In this document: one piece after another, positions 1 to 10,177 of the stretch
Position numbering within the stretch: position 1 is the stretch's first letter
Layout: every line of letters starts with the position of its first letter
From: Epithemia pelagica
Lineage: Eukaryota; Protista; Bacillariophyta
Assembly (NCBI GenBank): GCA_946965045.2
Contig: OX337241.1
Location: 1,302,001 to 1,366,000 of the forward strand
Direction of reading: 5' to 3'
DNA length: 64,000 bases
The notes under the pieces: generated by a model
The model's input: the letters and a program-made list of their open reading frames with translations, nothing else
Told to the model about the DNA's origin: nothing
The model's database searches: none
Translations under genes and position numbers: made by a program

Positions 1-373
1 CTATCTCCCCTGTTTAACCTACTTTCAACATGGGGCTAGGAAGATTGATCATTGCATGATTTTGATTTGTCCAATCCACTAAGAACTTGGAGGTGGTGCG
101 CTCACCAGTCACCCGAACAATCTAAATCAGAAGTCACCCGACAACAGCACACGCATGTGGTATTTTCGCTCCCAACAGGAGAATTTCAAGCGTGGTCAGT
201 ATCTTCACTTACACCCCCAAAACTGTCTCACCGTTCAACGAGGAGCGCACCACTCAAAAGACACAGCATATGGTGATGGAATCCGATCACTTTCATAACC
301 ATGATATTCGAGATGCGAAAAAGAATGGCCGGTCCATGCAATCATTGCTGTGTTGACTTGATGAAAGGATGAC

Positions 374-1702
374 TCAAAGCGCGCGATCTTTGCTGATTAT
401 TTCGATAAGGTAGCTGCTGACGACTTGGCGCAATTGAAGGAGCGATTCGTCATTGATTCTTGATCGACGACGACCCGTCAAAAGCCTTGCTAGGCTTTTT
501 CCCAGACGGGAGTTGAATCGCTCCAACCAGGAATCACTTTCTTTTCGATTCGATGGAGCAACGGGTGTGAGGTGCGTACCTCGTATTCGAGAAAAGTAGA
601 CAGACGAGGCTTCCGCCAGGGCAGACGCCAATTTTGAACTTTGATCCACTTTGTCGTCGTCAAACTGAACAATAAGGGTGTTCGAAATGTTATATCTTCC
701 ATCCATCGTCAGAGCCTTCCAAAGTTGATCTGGTGATGGGTAAAACTCGAGAGAGTCTTCTGACGGGGTAAGGGCTGACTTCAGCTTGCTTGCTTGTTGC
801 TGGAGTACATCTCCAAGATCGGACAACACTTCACCCCAATCCTCCTCATCCTCGAAATCGTCACCGTACAAGTAATCCGACTTTCTTCGTCTCTTTTCAT
901 CCAGGCTTTCTCTGTTTTGCATTGTTTCTCTTCTCAGCTGACGACTTGCCCTATTCAACTGATAAATTCCAGGGATGCCAGCTGCCGCCCCATAATTCGT
1001 AAAGCTCAACACAACCAGCGCCTTGAAATCAGGCGGAGGAGGGTACGACCGTCGACGCCTCTCCCCTGACCTGGTCCCAAGAGTGGCCAAGACAACCAAC
1101 AAACGAGAGCCAAGAGAATGTCCCAAGCCACAGACTGCCACGTCCGCCATTTTATCACCATATTCATCCACCAGCACATCGCGCCAGGCAACCTGGAACT
1201 GCCGATCCAACTTTTTGGCCAATGCCACATGTTCCAATGGTGACTGGAAGACTGTAACAGGAATGCTTGTAGCCACCACAGCCATTTGGGTATTTTTGAC
1301 GAGTTCTTCCAGAAAGTTGTTGTACCAGAGCGCCGGAGCAGATCCAAAGAATGTGCCTCCCACAAAATGAACGACCGACGTCGGACATGCGACACTCACA
1401 GGTGGCAACATCACATAAGCTGTTCCTGCGTCACTGGAGCAGGTTTCCCATTCAAGAGTTTCTTGATTTGATTGTGATGAACTATAGTATCCTTCGTCAG
1501 AAGACGGAGGTGCCTGTTCTCCATTGCGGTCGTCCCAGTAGTTGTTGATTCTGGATACCTTGTATGATCTAAGAACCGAGGTCGACAAATCGTGGGAAGC
1601 AAAACTGCACCACGCCCGTGCCAAGTTGCCATGTATAAGTTGTAGTACAACATAACATAAACATGACCTCCATCGCTTGCTGATGAATGTCATCAACTCC
1701 AT
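374..1702 (-). CDS. DUF1350-family alpha/beta-hydrolase-like protein (442 aa)
   Basis: ATG-started ORF. Motifs VVHFVGGTFFGSAPALWY, GLGHSLG, LSFTNY, LIVQFDDD..DQS and GTHLTP match the DUF1350 pattern as I recall it. Confidence 0.75.
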   Translation of the reverse strand: MELMTFISKRWRSCLCYVVLQLIHGNLARAWCSFASHDLSTSVLRSYKVSRINNYWDDRNGEQAPPSSDEGYYSSSQSNQETLEWETCSSDAGTAYVMLPPVSVACPTSVVHFVGGTFFGSAPALWYNNFLEELVKNTQMAVVATSIPVTVFQSPLEHVALAKKLDRQFQVAWRDVLVDEYGDKMADVAVCGLGHSLGSRLLVVLATLGTRSGERRRRSYPPPPDFKALVVLSFTNYGAAAGIPGIYQLNRASRQLRRETMQNRESLDEKRRRKSDYLYGDDFEDEEDWGEVLSDLGDVLQQQASKLKSALTPSEDSLEFYPSPDQLWKALTMDGRYNISNTLIVQFDDDKVDQSSKLASALAEASSVYFSRIRGTHLTPVAPSNRKESDSWLERFNSRLGKSLARLLTGRRRSRINDESLLQLRQVVSSYLIEIISKDRAL

Positions 1703-2086
1703 TCTGAATTCTAAACGAAATCCAGTTCAGTGATGGATTGGCCAAGTCCCTTCCACGCGTCAACCTCTCAGGGCACGATGGGTATCACGCATGCCAGGTA
1801 AAGTTTACTATTGCCTTCGCTGCCATACTATCCGTTGATGATGCCAAGGCAATAGTCTTTGCAGTGGGAGCAAGAACAAATCCGGCGGAGACGATCATGT
1901 GGGTTCACAAAAGTTGGAATCCAGTAACCGCCAACTTTGTGAGCTCCTCCGCAATGCCGACGAAAAATTTGTACAAACAAAAGAGACAAGACTCCGACCA
2001 TCCTACAAAAAAACACAGGGAAATATTCATCAACAATTTGAAACTTTCCTCCGCAAGTCAGGATTGTTGATTCCGCTTCCGCTCCG

Positions 2087-2911
2087 GTGCAGTTTGCTTC
2101 GTGCCATCTACAACATCTCGTGCTTTTCTTTTCCGTAATGTCGGCCAATGCGGAATCTGAGATATGTCCTGACTTTCACACCTGCCTCAATGGTTCTAAA
2201 TGTGTAGAGACCTCTACCCGACAAGATCGCTTCTTTTGCGATTGTGATCTTACGAACGATCTATCCTCCACCTTTGCCGGTGCCAAATGTCAACACGAGT
2301 CTACGGTCTTTTGCAATGAGCTCAACCGAAAATCCTACACCAGTTTTTGTACGAATCAGGGAACCTGCAAACAGATGGTGGCCGTAAATGGACAACACCA
2401 GGGCTGCAACTGCCCTAGTCAATACACAGGCGACGTAAGTGACTGGGTCCAGTTTGTTGTTGTTTGCCTTTTTCATTTGCACTTATGAAAGTTCTTGGAC
2501 CCTTAGTTTTGTGAATTCGTGGTAGGGGAAAACGTGGCAGATCATATAACAGCGGAAATCATTACTCCGAAACCAGCGACCATCGCTGCTTCCGATTCGG
2601 ATCGAGGACCTGCTTTTGCCATTGTCATGGTCGCCATTGTATTGGTGATTTCCATCACACTGTCTTTGGTTGCCTATTTTGCACTTCAAATTCAAAAGAA
2701 GGATGACGATGATCATCCAGTCACACCGACCAAACCCCGCAGACATGATTTGGCGTTGGACGCAGACGGAGGTGTTCTCAAAGAGGCTGTGAGCACTCCC
2801 AGAACAGTCGATGACGATATGGACGACCCGCCACTTGACCCATCCTTTACAATTGACGACACTTTCAGTACCGGAGGAGAATCGGCAACAGGTGATCACG
2901 AGATTCTCTAA
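2087..2911 (+). CDS. EGF-like repeat, single-pass membrane protein (2 exons; N-terminus unresolved)
   Basis: Cys pattern CLNGSKC..C.C..FAGAKC and CTNQGTC..C.C..YTGD. A GT-AG intron at 2435-2506 joins YTGD to FCEFVVG and completes the EGF motif. TM helix AFAIVMVAIVLVISITLSLVAYFAL. No in-frame ATG lies upstream of the signal-like segment (first ATG 2138). Confidence 0.65.
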
Positions 2912-3028
2912 GCTGTGTATAGGAGATGGAGCACTAACGCGTTTCACAAACCAAGATATATTAAAGACCGGATCTATAGAGTTATGTTTTTCACTATTCA
3001 GCCGGTCCTATGCATGAGTGGGTGCAAA

Positions 3029-4204
3029 CTACTTTATTCTTACAGCGTATAGAAGAATTGGTGCATCCATCCACCCTAGTTTGCGATGCTCATGGACACG
3101 CCACGTTTGCTTCGATGGCCCACGTTGCCAGACTCGTTCGAGAGCTTGTAGAATCAGCTCTCTTATTCTGCTTTCTTTCTCATGCACAGTCGCAGGGGCT
3201 TTCGAAGTGCTCACAAATTCTCTCCAGTCATGTGTATTGGATGTGAAAAGGGCCAAACCTTCTAAAAAGACATGGACAGCCCAGTCCTCTTCTGGGTTGC
3301 TTCTGGGGTAAGTCATGACAGAAAGCATACCACCCACTCGTAAGTACAAGACGGCATCTGTCATGGAGACCAGCGTCGAGTCTGTTTGAGTCAAAAACTC
3401 TTTGGAGGAGGTCGGCAAGTACCCGAGATTATAAACAACAAGAGCAACCGAGCATGGTTTCCTCCTGGGAAGAGGTAAGGGTGAATGCGATGCATGTACA
3501 ACTTGTATATTGGATTCCAAAACATGTGGTGAAACAACTGCCTGCAATTCTTTCGTTGTATTGGAACATGCTTCTTTCTGAATGTCCACACAAACAAGTT
3601 CCGAAGCCGTGTCATGAGATGATCTCTCCATATTTTCTGTTGGGAACAACATGGTTGCCAAAGCCACTGAATCGCCTCCATTGCCCGCAGTGGCGTCAAT
3701 TGCTGAATCAATTCCTGGTCGGAGCACACTTCTCCACAGCATGTGCGCTAGCGCAGTACTTGTTATGGTCGGATTCTGACCGTACCCAATGTTTACATCA
3801 AAATCACTGAGTGTCGAATGTAGCTGAGAAAGATCTGATGGGGTTTGGTCTCTTGTCCGTGCGAAGTCTGCTGAATTGATGTCGTTTTGGAGAATATCTT
3901 CACCGACTGCCTTGAGCGTATCACGAATTTCATTATGGATCGTGGTATCCTCTTGTCCATCGCTTGAGATGATTCGTTTGGTAAGAGTTCGCTCGGCACG
4001 TTTTAGGACACCGGAAAGCAAGTCACGGTCACTGGTTCCCTGTAGAGCGATAATTGGGCAGCAGTTCCTTGTTGGGTGCCATCTCTGTGTTCTGAACAAA
4101 CCGGAAAGAAGACTGCACGATCCTCGCACCAGCATGACAAATGATAACACTTTCAATTCATGAATCAGGGAAGCGGCACCCTGTTTTCGCCTCGTCGATA
4201 TCAT
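3029..4204 (-). CDS. SAM-dependent methyltransferase, YtqB/MnmM (rRNA_methylase) family
   Basis: Motifs IDATAGNGGDS, VDIQ..A, VYNLGYLP, T..ST and L..GG.LSVM.YP are characteristic of the YtqB/MnmM family. Confidence 0.8.
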   Translation of the reverse strand: MISTRRKQGAASLIHELKVLSFVMLVRGSCSLLSGLFRTQRWHPTRNCCPIIALQGTSDRDLLSGVLKRAERTLTKRIISSDGQEDTTIHNEIRDTLKAVGEDILQNDINSADFARTRDQTPSDLSQLHSTLSDFDVNIGYGQNPTITSTALAHMLWRSVLRPGIDSAIDATAGNGGDSVALATMLFPTENMERSSHDTASELVCVDIQKEACSNTTKELQAVVSPHVLESNIQVVHASHSPLPLPRRKPCSVALVVYNLGYLPTSSKEFLTQTDSTLVSMTDAVLYLRVGGMLSVMTYPRSNPEEDWAVHVFLEGLALFTSNTHDWREFVSTSKAPATVHEKESRIRELILQALERVWQRGPSKQTWRVHEHRKLGWMDAPILLYAVRIK

Positions 4205-4796
4205 CGGACACTCTGTCGCAAGCGAAAGGATAAAGATACAGGCGGAAGAAAAAATGGGACGAAAAAAATTCCATTGGTCACTTTTGATCGCATTAAAGTT
4301 TCTAGCTCTCTAGCAACAGTAGGGTAGCTAGCTAGCTCTAGCTTGGGTTCTTGTGCGCCATGGAAATGGAAGTATGGAAGGGGTGCGTGACGCACGAAAA
4401 ATGACTATCTACGCCCGCGCGCGTTCACGTTTTGTGCTTAGAAGAAAACGGTCCAGGGAACCGTTCGATGCATTGTTTGGTCTTGACATTTTTGGTCTTT
4501 TTTGGTACTGTTTATCCCTTATTGACTGATGTGAGCGAACCAACGTGGCAAAGGGTGGCACAATGGCGGTTCCCACTTCCGGAGGATTTGCATACGTGGT
4601 AAGTTGCTGTGATCACGTGTGTGTCTCTCGACTTGAACCCTATCGTCGTTGTAATCTTTGCGAACCGCTACCTTTTTAGTACTACTCCTACCCGAAAACA
4701 AGTTTGCACCGACTTTCACATGCAAGGCAGGTAAGGGTGTGAGAACGAGAGCATCGAGACACAAAAGATCCCTACAAGCAACACCTGATCAAGAAG

Positions 4797-5768
4797 ATGT
4801 CTGTTTTGCTGCACCAGGGCATGACAACCCAACCGGTACCACAGCCAGAAGCACCTTCGTCGCCAACCAACACTGCTGACGATGGAGAGAACTCAAAGAA
4901 GCGTCCGCATCCCTCTGGTGGCGATGGTGAGACGGAAAAGTTGGCAGCACGTCGCGAAGCCAACCGCGTTCATGCGTTCAAGAGTCGGCAACGAAGCAAG
5001 GCCTTGCTGCAGGAACTCCAGCGCACAGTCGAGCTGTTGAGTGGCGAAAAGTCGGAACTGGAACGAGAGAACGCGGTTCTCCGAGCCCAGGTGGATGTCC
5101 TCCAGCAACAGAACCTAGCTCTTACTCAATCGCAGCGAATGCTCCTCGTACGGTCTGGGCAACCATTTGCACCCAACCCAGCTCCAGCATTAGCCAGCCC
5201 CGCGGCAGCGTTGGGACAGGCCCTTGGTACGTTCGGAGCTGCTGCTCAAGCGTTTCCTGTCGCCTTCCCTGGAGCACCCACACCAGTTGCCCCTCCAGGA
5301 ACAGTAGTTGCACCAGCCACTGCAGTTGCTCCCACTGTGGTTGCGCCAGCTACAGCAGTTCCTGCACCAGCCACTGCAGTTGCTCCCACTTTAATTGCAC
5401 CAGCCACTGCAGCTCCTACAGCAGTGGTTGCAGTTGCTCCTGCTGGGATGCCTTCAATGATTGCCCCTGTTGCCGTTCAACCAGCTGCGGCTCCCCAACC
5501 TCAAGTCGTACACCAAGTGCTACCTACACAAGACACCACTCCAACTATCGCACAAAACGCGGCAATGCCGCAACAGTTGCAACAAGCTCAAGTCGCAGAT
5601 GCTCCTACCGCCATTGTCACCGAACAGCCCCCAGCGGCAGCTCCTGTTGTAGAGAATGGAGTGAACGTTGCGCAACAGCCAGCACATGACCCCGCTTCAG
5701 TGAACTTGCCAGCGGGGACAAGTGATTCGTCAACTCCTCTGCATTCTTCGAAGAAAAGTTATGTTTAA
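4797..5768 (+). CDS. bZIP transcription factor with Ala/Pro/Gln-rich C-terminus
   Basis: Basic region RREANRVHAFKSRQRSK followed by a leucine heptad zipper (LQELQRTVELLSGEKSELERENAVLRAQVDVL). Confidence 0.85.
   Translation: MSVLLHQGMTTQPVPQPEAPSSPTNTADDGENSKKRPHPSGGDGETEKLAARREANRVHAFKSRQRSKALLQELQRTVELLSGEKSELERENAVLRAQVDVLQQQNLALTQSQRMLLVRSGQPFAPNPAPALASPAAALGQALGTFGAAAQAFPVAFPGAPTPVAPPGTVVAPATAVAPTVVAPATAVPAPATAVAPTLIAPATAAPTAVVAVAPAGMPSMIAPVAVQPAAAPQPQVVHQVLPTQDTTPTIAQNAAMPQQLQQAQVADAPTAIVTEQPPAAAPVVENGVNVAQQPAHDPASVNLPAGTSDSSTPLHSSKKSYV
5310..5420 (+). repeat. Intragenic repeat encoding APATAVAPT
   Basis: The 27-bp GCACCAGCCACTGCAGTTGCTCCCACT occurs exactly at 5310-5336 and 5364-5390, with a partial third copy near 5397. 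Confidence 0.85.
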
Positions 5769-6561
5769 TGGAAGGGAGCATTTTCAGCCTGGGGCTGGAA
5801 GCGAGAAGCAAACGAAATTGTCGCATCCTTCTTTCCCAAGCGCACTTCAAGTTGAGCTTTAGACGAGTACTTTGAGCGGGAAGGAGGACCCATGTGAATA
5901 CCGTGTGCAGTGGAGGGACTGAACTTCGCATCGGCGTTCCCACACAATCAGCCTCTAGATTTTTTGACGTATCACAGGACTCTGCCATGAGACTGAGGCA
6001 CAGTATTTTTGTGGATGTGATCTCTTGACTGGGGTCGCAGCAAGAGACATTTTACATGTAAATGAATGTAAAGTTGAAGAACAGTTACTGAGCTATCAAT
6101 ACTTCGTTTGGTCCCTCCAAACATTTAATTGTACGATTTACTGGGGACCGTCGTGCGTTTACATCCAAGTGACAAAACCCAATTTGAATGGACAAGTGTG
6201 GCGTCAATGCAAACTTGTATGAAACGTATCATTTGTCAACTCGAGAGAAGGGATGGCTTTTCTCTCCTGCAGGAAATGCCGACACTTGTTGAACTTTGTC
6301 GCTTGACTGACAGGCTGCAGTTTTGTTTCAACTCTTCCACACTTTTCAGAGTTCGTTCGATACGACAACAAATCGCCTTTCCAGCAGTTGGAGAGGAAAT
6401 CGACAAAGAAAGAGATTCGACAAAACTGTTTGTTGGTTGTTTTCTTATTTTCTTCGTCGAGATGTTACTCCCTTCTTCACCACCAGGAACTACTGATTTT
6501 TAACGTGAGTGAATCAACGTCTCTGCGATTCGTTCTGTAGTGTTTTCATTCCTCTCTCGTG

Positions 6562-7797
6562 CTATGCTAGTACCGGGGTGGGGAGTTGGCTCAACTTGTG
6601 CTTGGCCGATTCCCACAATCGACCACGGTATGCAGTATGCAACTGCGCCTTGCGACGAGCGGCCCAATAGGCCGTCCACCCAACATTCCACAAGCGATGC
6701 CGATCCATATTTCCCGATACATCGTTTGTCCCCGAATCATCGTCTTTTAGTGCATCCGAGGCCTCCCATACATTGAGATTAAAGGCATAGTTGCGATATG
6801 GTCCTTCCAGGGGAACCCCATACACATGATTGGCCACGAGGGACATGAAAATGTCTTCGCCATTCCACAAAGGATGAGACTCCGCCAACGTTTCTGGATC
6901 AATCAAGTACTGATAGTCTACAAAGTACTGACAAAGTCGTGTCTCCATGACCATAAATTTGGTCAAAACAACTTCCACCGGTCCAAGTATAGTGCGTGTG
7001 TTGTATCCGTGCCGTTGTGGATTCCAAAAGAGGCTAAAGGACCGTCCATACCGTCCAACGATACGATGAGAATCAGTGGAAAATTCTGCCAACAGCTGGG
7101 AAATGGCAGCGGCGCTCAATTCTTGATCGTCATCGACATGAATCACCCAGGGATACTTGGCTTCCGATGCAGCGAAGCGAAATCGTAAACTAAGTCCATA
7201 CTGTTGATTTGCTTCAACGGCATCCAGATTGCGTACTTTTGGATGTGCGTGGTGAAATTTTGTTTTCGGATTGGCATGGCAGAGCAATATTTCGGCAATG
7301 TTCGGGTGATTGCCAAGGGTGGATATCAAGTTGCTTTCTTGCAGCATTCGAGGACGACTGTAGTTCATGATTACCACCGAGACCAAGATGTCCGATGATA
7401 CCACAACCTTGGTACTATGATTTTCTTCACTCTGAGCCGAAAACTGATAGAAGCAACAGATCAGCGTTACAAGGATGATGAAAATGATACAAGAACCAAC
7501 CACGGCATTGGTTCGTTTGCCCTTGAAAACCATGAAATTAGTTCTCAAATACCAGGTCAACCGAACAAAGAGTGGATGTCTATAATAGACACCATGAGGC
7601 ACATGTTCTTTCTTCTCTTCTTGTGCTTCCACATCCCTGTCTCGTCGTGGCGGATTGTCTTGGTGGTGGTCATCCGTATGCCGTACTCGTAGGCGGCCCG
7701 ACATGGCCGATGAGAAGATTTTGGAGGGAGACTGAATAAATCCCGCCAACAGGTCGCATATTGGCGGATACATGGTCGCATATTGGCGAATATGCAT
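6562..7797 (-). CDS. Glycosyltransferase family 64 (EXTL2-like), type II membrane protein; 5' end interrupted by the Copia element
   Basis: TM helix followed by VVIMNYSRP, IHVDDD (DxD), IVGRYGR, VLTKFMV and NGEDIFMS. The first 22 codons of the listed ORF are antisense LTR sequence (7733-7797); host-derived coding sequence ends at 7732. Confidence 0.8.
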   Translation of the reverse strand: MHIRQYATMYPPICDLLAGFIQSPSKIFSSAMSGRLRVRHTDDHHQDNPPRRDRDVEAQEEKKEHVPHGVYYRHPLFVRLTWYLRTNFMVFKGKRTNAVVGSCIIFIILVTLICCFYQFSAQSEENHSTKVVVSSDILVSVVIMNYSRPRMLQESNLISTLGNHPNIAEILLCHANPKTKFHHAHPKVRNLDAVEANQQYGLSLRFRFAASEAKYPWVIHVDDDQELSAAAISQLLAEFSTDSHRIVGRYGRSFSLFWNPQRHGYNTRTILGPVEVVLTKFMVMETRLCQYFVDYQYLIDPETLAESHPLWNGEDIFMSLVANHVYGVPLEGPYRNYAFNLNVWEASDALKDDDSGTNDVSGNMDRHRLWNVGWTAYWAARRKAQLHTAYRGRLWESAKHKLSQLPTPVLA

Positions 7798-7906
7798 CGC
7801 CTACATATGCTGCTACGCATCTAGTTTTCTAGTCATAATTTTGGTCTAGCCACTTGTTGCACGCCGTATACACCGTGTTGTAGCGTGTAGTGGCAAAATT
7901 TATACA
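7733..7906 (+). repeat. 5' LTR (174 bp)
   Basis: TGAATAAATCCC...AAAATTTATACA, identical by eye to 14590-14763. Contains GGTCGCATATTGGCG twice (7752 and 7774). Confidence 0.95.
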
Positions 7907-7920
7907 GTTTATCAGACCCA
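7907..7920 (+). promoter_or_regulatory. Putative primer-binding site
   Basis: GTTTATCAGACCCA immediately follows the 5' LTR. It resembles the internal tRNA-half type PBS of copia (GGTTATGGGCCCAG) rather than a TGG-type PBS. Confidence 0.4.
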
Positions 7921-8623
7921 AACGCTGCAGCCGCGGAGTTTAGTTGGTTTATGTACGCTGTTGGCATGGAAGGTCTGGGGTTCGAATCCCCATGATTTAT
8001 CGGACGACCGGCCGTTGGACCCTGTATAGGGACCCACCTCTCCGATGGTAGATCAAAATGACCAGATAGTGCATCGGCGTCCGACTGTCCCCTGACCATA
8101 TTCCAATTCTAACCAGGACTATGCTGCCTCGGATATTCTAAATGCTAAGATGCTCTGTGTGCACCATGTGAGAACTCTGTTGAGTTTTGCTCTTTGCCTT
8201 TTGCCCGTACTGGTAGCGGCTGATCACCGCTTGGGAGTGTTCGCGCTAAGCTAATCGTCACGGTATGCTTGCGGCACTACTTATAGTTCACACTCGTGAT
8301 GTGTGACCCATGGCACTCTCCCATGTGACGGGGAGCACTCGCTTAAGTGAGCGATTGTTTTGGTAATCTTTTCTCCATACGTGAAAATATAGATACCTCC
8401 TTTTGCACTGTGCCGACGCACACGTCCTAAGTATTTGTTCTCTGCCGACTGCAGCGCAAACGCAAGTCGACACTACTTGTGCACCTTAATTCCAGGTAGA
8501 ATCGCGAAATCTGCGATCTGCATCACCTTTTGGCAATGCCTCCACACTTCTGTGTTTTTTGCCTGTGTTTTGCTCTGAACCTCTCCTGCTTCTGGCTCTC
8601 TTGCTTTCCTTTTGCCTTCCACC

Positions 8624-10177
8624 ATGTCTTCATCCACTGCCCCTGAAAATCCCAAGGAAGATTTCAAGGCTGCCGTTAAACGCTGTGGATACAATGATGC
8701 CACCGTTACCTACATCATTGAGCAGGGTTTTGATGATGCTCAATCGTTCATGACTGTTGCGGTCCATCAAGTGCCGTCGATGTTGAAGATGATGGCAAAG
8801 ACCCCTCCAGAGAACGGGGCCTTTCCCTTCAGTGCTAACCTGCAGCTCCACGGCTTCCGAATGTGGCTCGAATACCGTTCGTCTCGTGGTCAGGCTCTTA
8901 AAGTCTCACTTTTCTCTGATCCGCCCCTGATCAAGAAATGGACCAAACGTACCCAGGAACTGTTTGCACTCAACAAGGAAGTTGCCTCCGATGAACTGAC
9001 CCCACCGAAAGAGTTGACTTCGTTTACTCAGTGGGAGGTGTTTAACGATGCCTTGCTCACGTTCCTCGCACAGCATCGCAATCCCACAACGGGTGTCCCT
9101 CTGACATACGTCCTTCGTGAAACTTAGCCTGTCGGTTCTGAAGCAAGGAATGCTGCCTACGATACTATCGATGACGATTTGATTGCTACTACTATCCTGC
9201 AAGGTGATCAGTATGCCCTTGACAATCAACGCGTCTTCACACTGATGAAACCTTTTCTTGTTGGCGGACCTGGCCTGACGTTCATCAAGCCACACCAAAA
9301 GAAGAAGGACGGCCGTGAGGCGTATCTTGCGTTGACTCGCCAAGCTACTGGAACAGCAGCTGTCACCATCCGCAAGAAAGAAGCATACGCTGCTATTGCC
9401 GACGCGAAGTTTACAGGCCGCGGTCGTTTCTCGTATCAACAATATGTTCACCGCCATCAGAAAGCTCATAATACGTTGGCTGAACTTGATGAACCCGTTG
9501 CCGAAACCAAAAAGGTAACCGATCGCCTCAAAGGTATATCGGATCCCTCTTTGGCGGCGGGAAAGACGGTCGTCAACGGTGACGCAGCAAAGCTTTCTGA
9601 TTTTGAAGCATGCCAGCAGTATTTTGGCACGTTGATTGCTGCATCCCGTACCAACAAGACCAATGACGAGAATCGAAAGATTGCTGGTGTGGGTACGACT
9701 AAGACTAGTGGAAAGAAGAATGGTCGTAACAAGCAGAATAAAAAGAAGACACGTCATTACAGTTTGGATGAATGGCGCAAGCTCTCTGATGAAGAGAAGG
9801 CCGAAATCCTCCGTGCCCGTAAAGAACAGAAAGACAAAGAACAGAACGACGCTAATGGAAAGCGCAAGGCCGGAGCCGTGCGAACTGAAGATGAAAATGG
9901 CTCTCGCAAGTTGAGTAAAACTGAAACTCCAAAGTCTGATGACATGAAATTGGAGACCACTGACCTGGATGGCGACAACGCGCCGAACCATTCCGAGCCT
10001 GATCCTCCTGTTGCTGATGAACTGACTGTTCCCAAAACCTCAGCCGGAAACAGTTTCGGACGCTTTGCCCATAGTAAAAAAGGATCTACAAAGCCGCACA
10101 ACCCTGATGAAACCAAGGAGCCTACAACTGCCGTTGCGAAAGCTGCCCTTGCTGATAAGGCCACAAAGCAGACCTGA
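8624..10177 (+). pseudogene. gag: Copia gag, interrupted by an in-frame TAG (9125-9127) and ending in TGA (10175-10177) in frame with pol
   Basis: ORFs 8612-9127 and 9179-10177 are in the same frame. Diatom-Copia-like gag motifs GVPLTYVLRE, DNQRVFTLMK, DGREAYLAL and HQKAHNTL. Confidence 0.8.

Noticed and set aside
1738-2148. ORFs 1738-2070, 1828-2148 and 1899-2138 as separate genes
   Set aside because: They overlap one another in a divergent promoter region and show no family signal.
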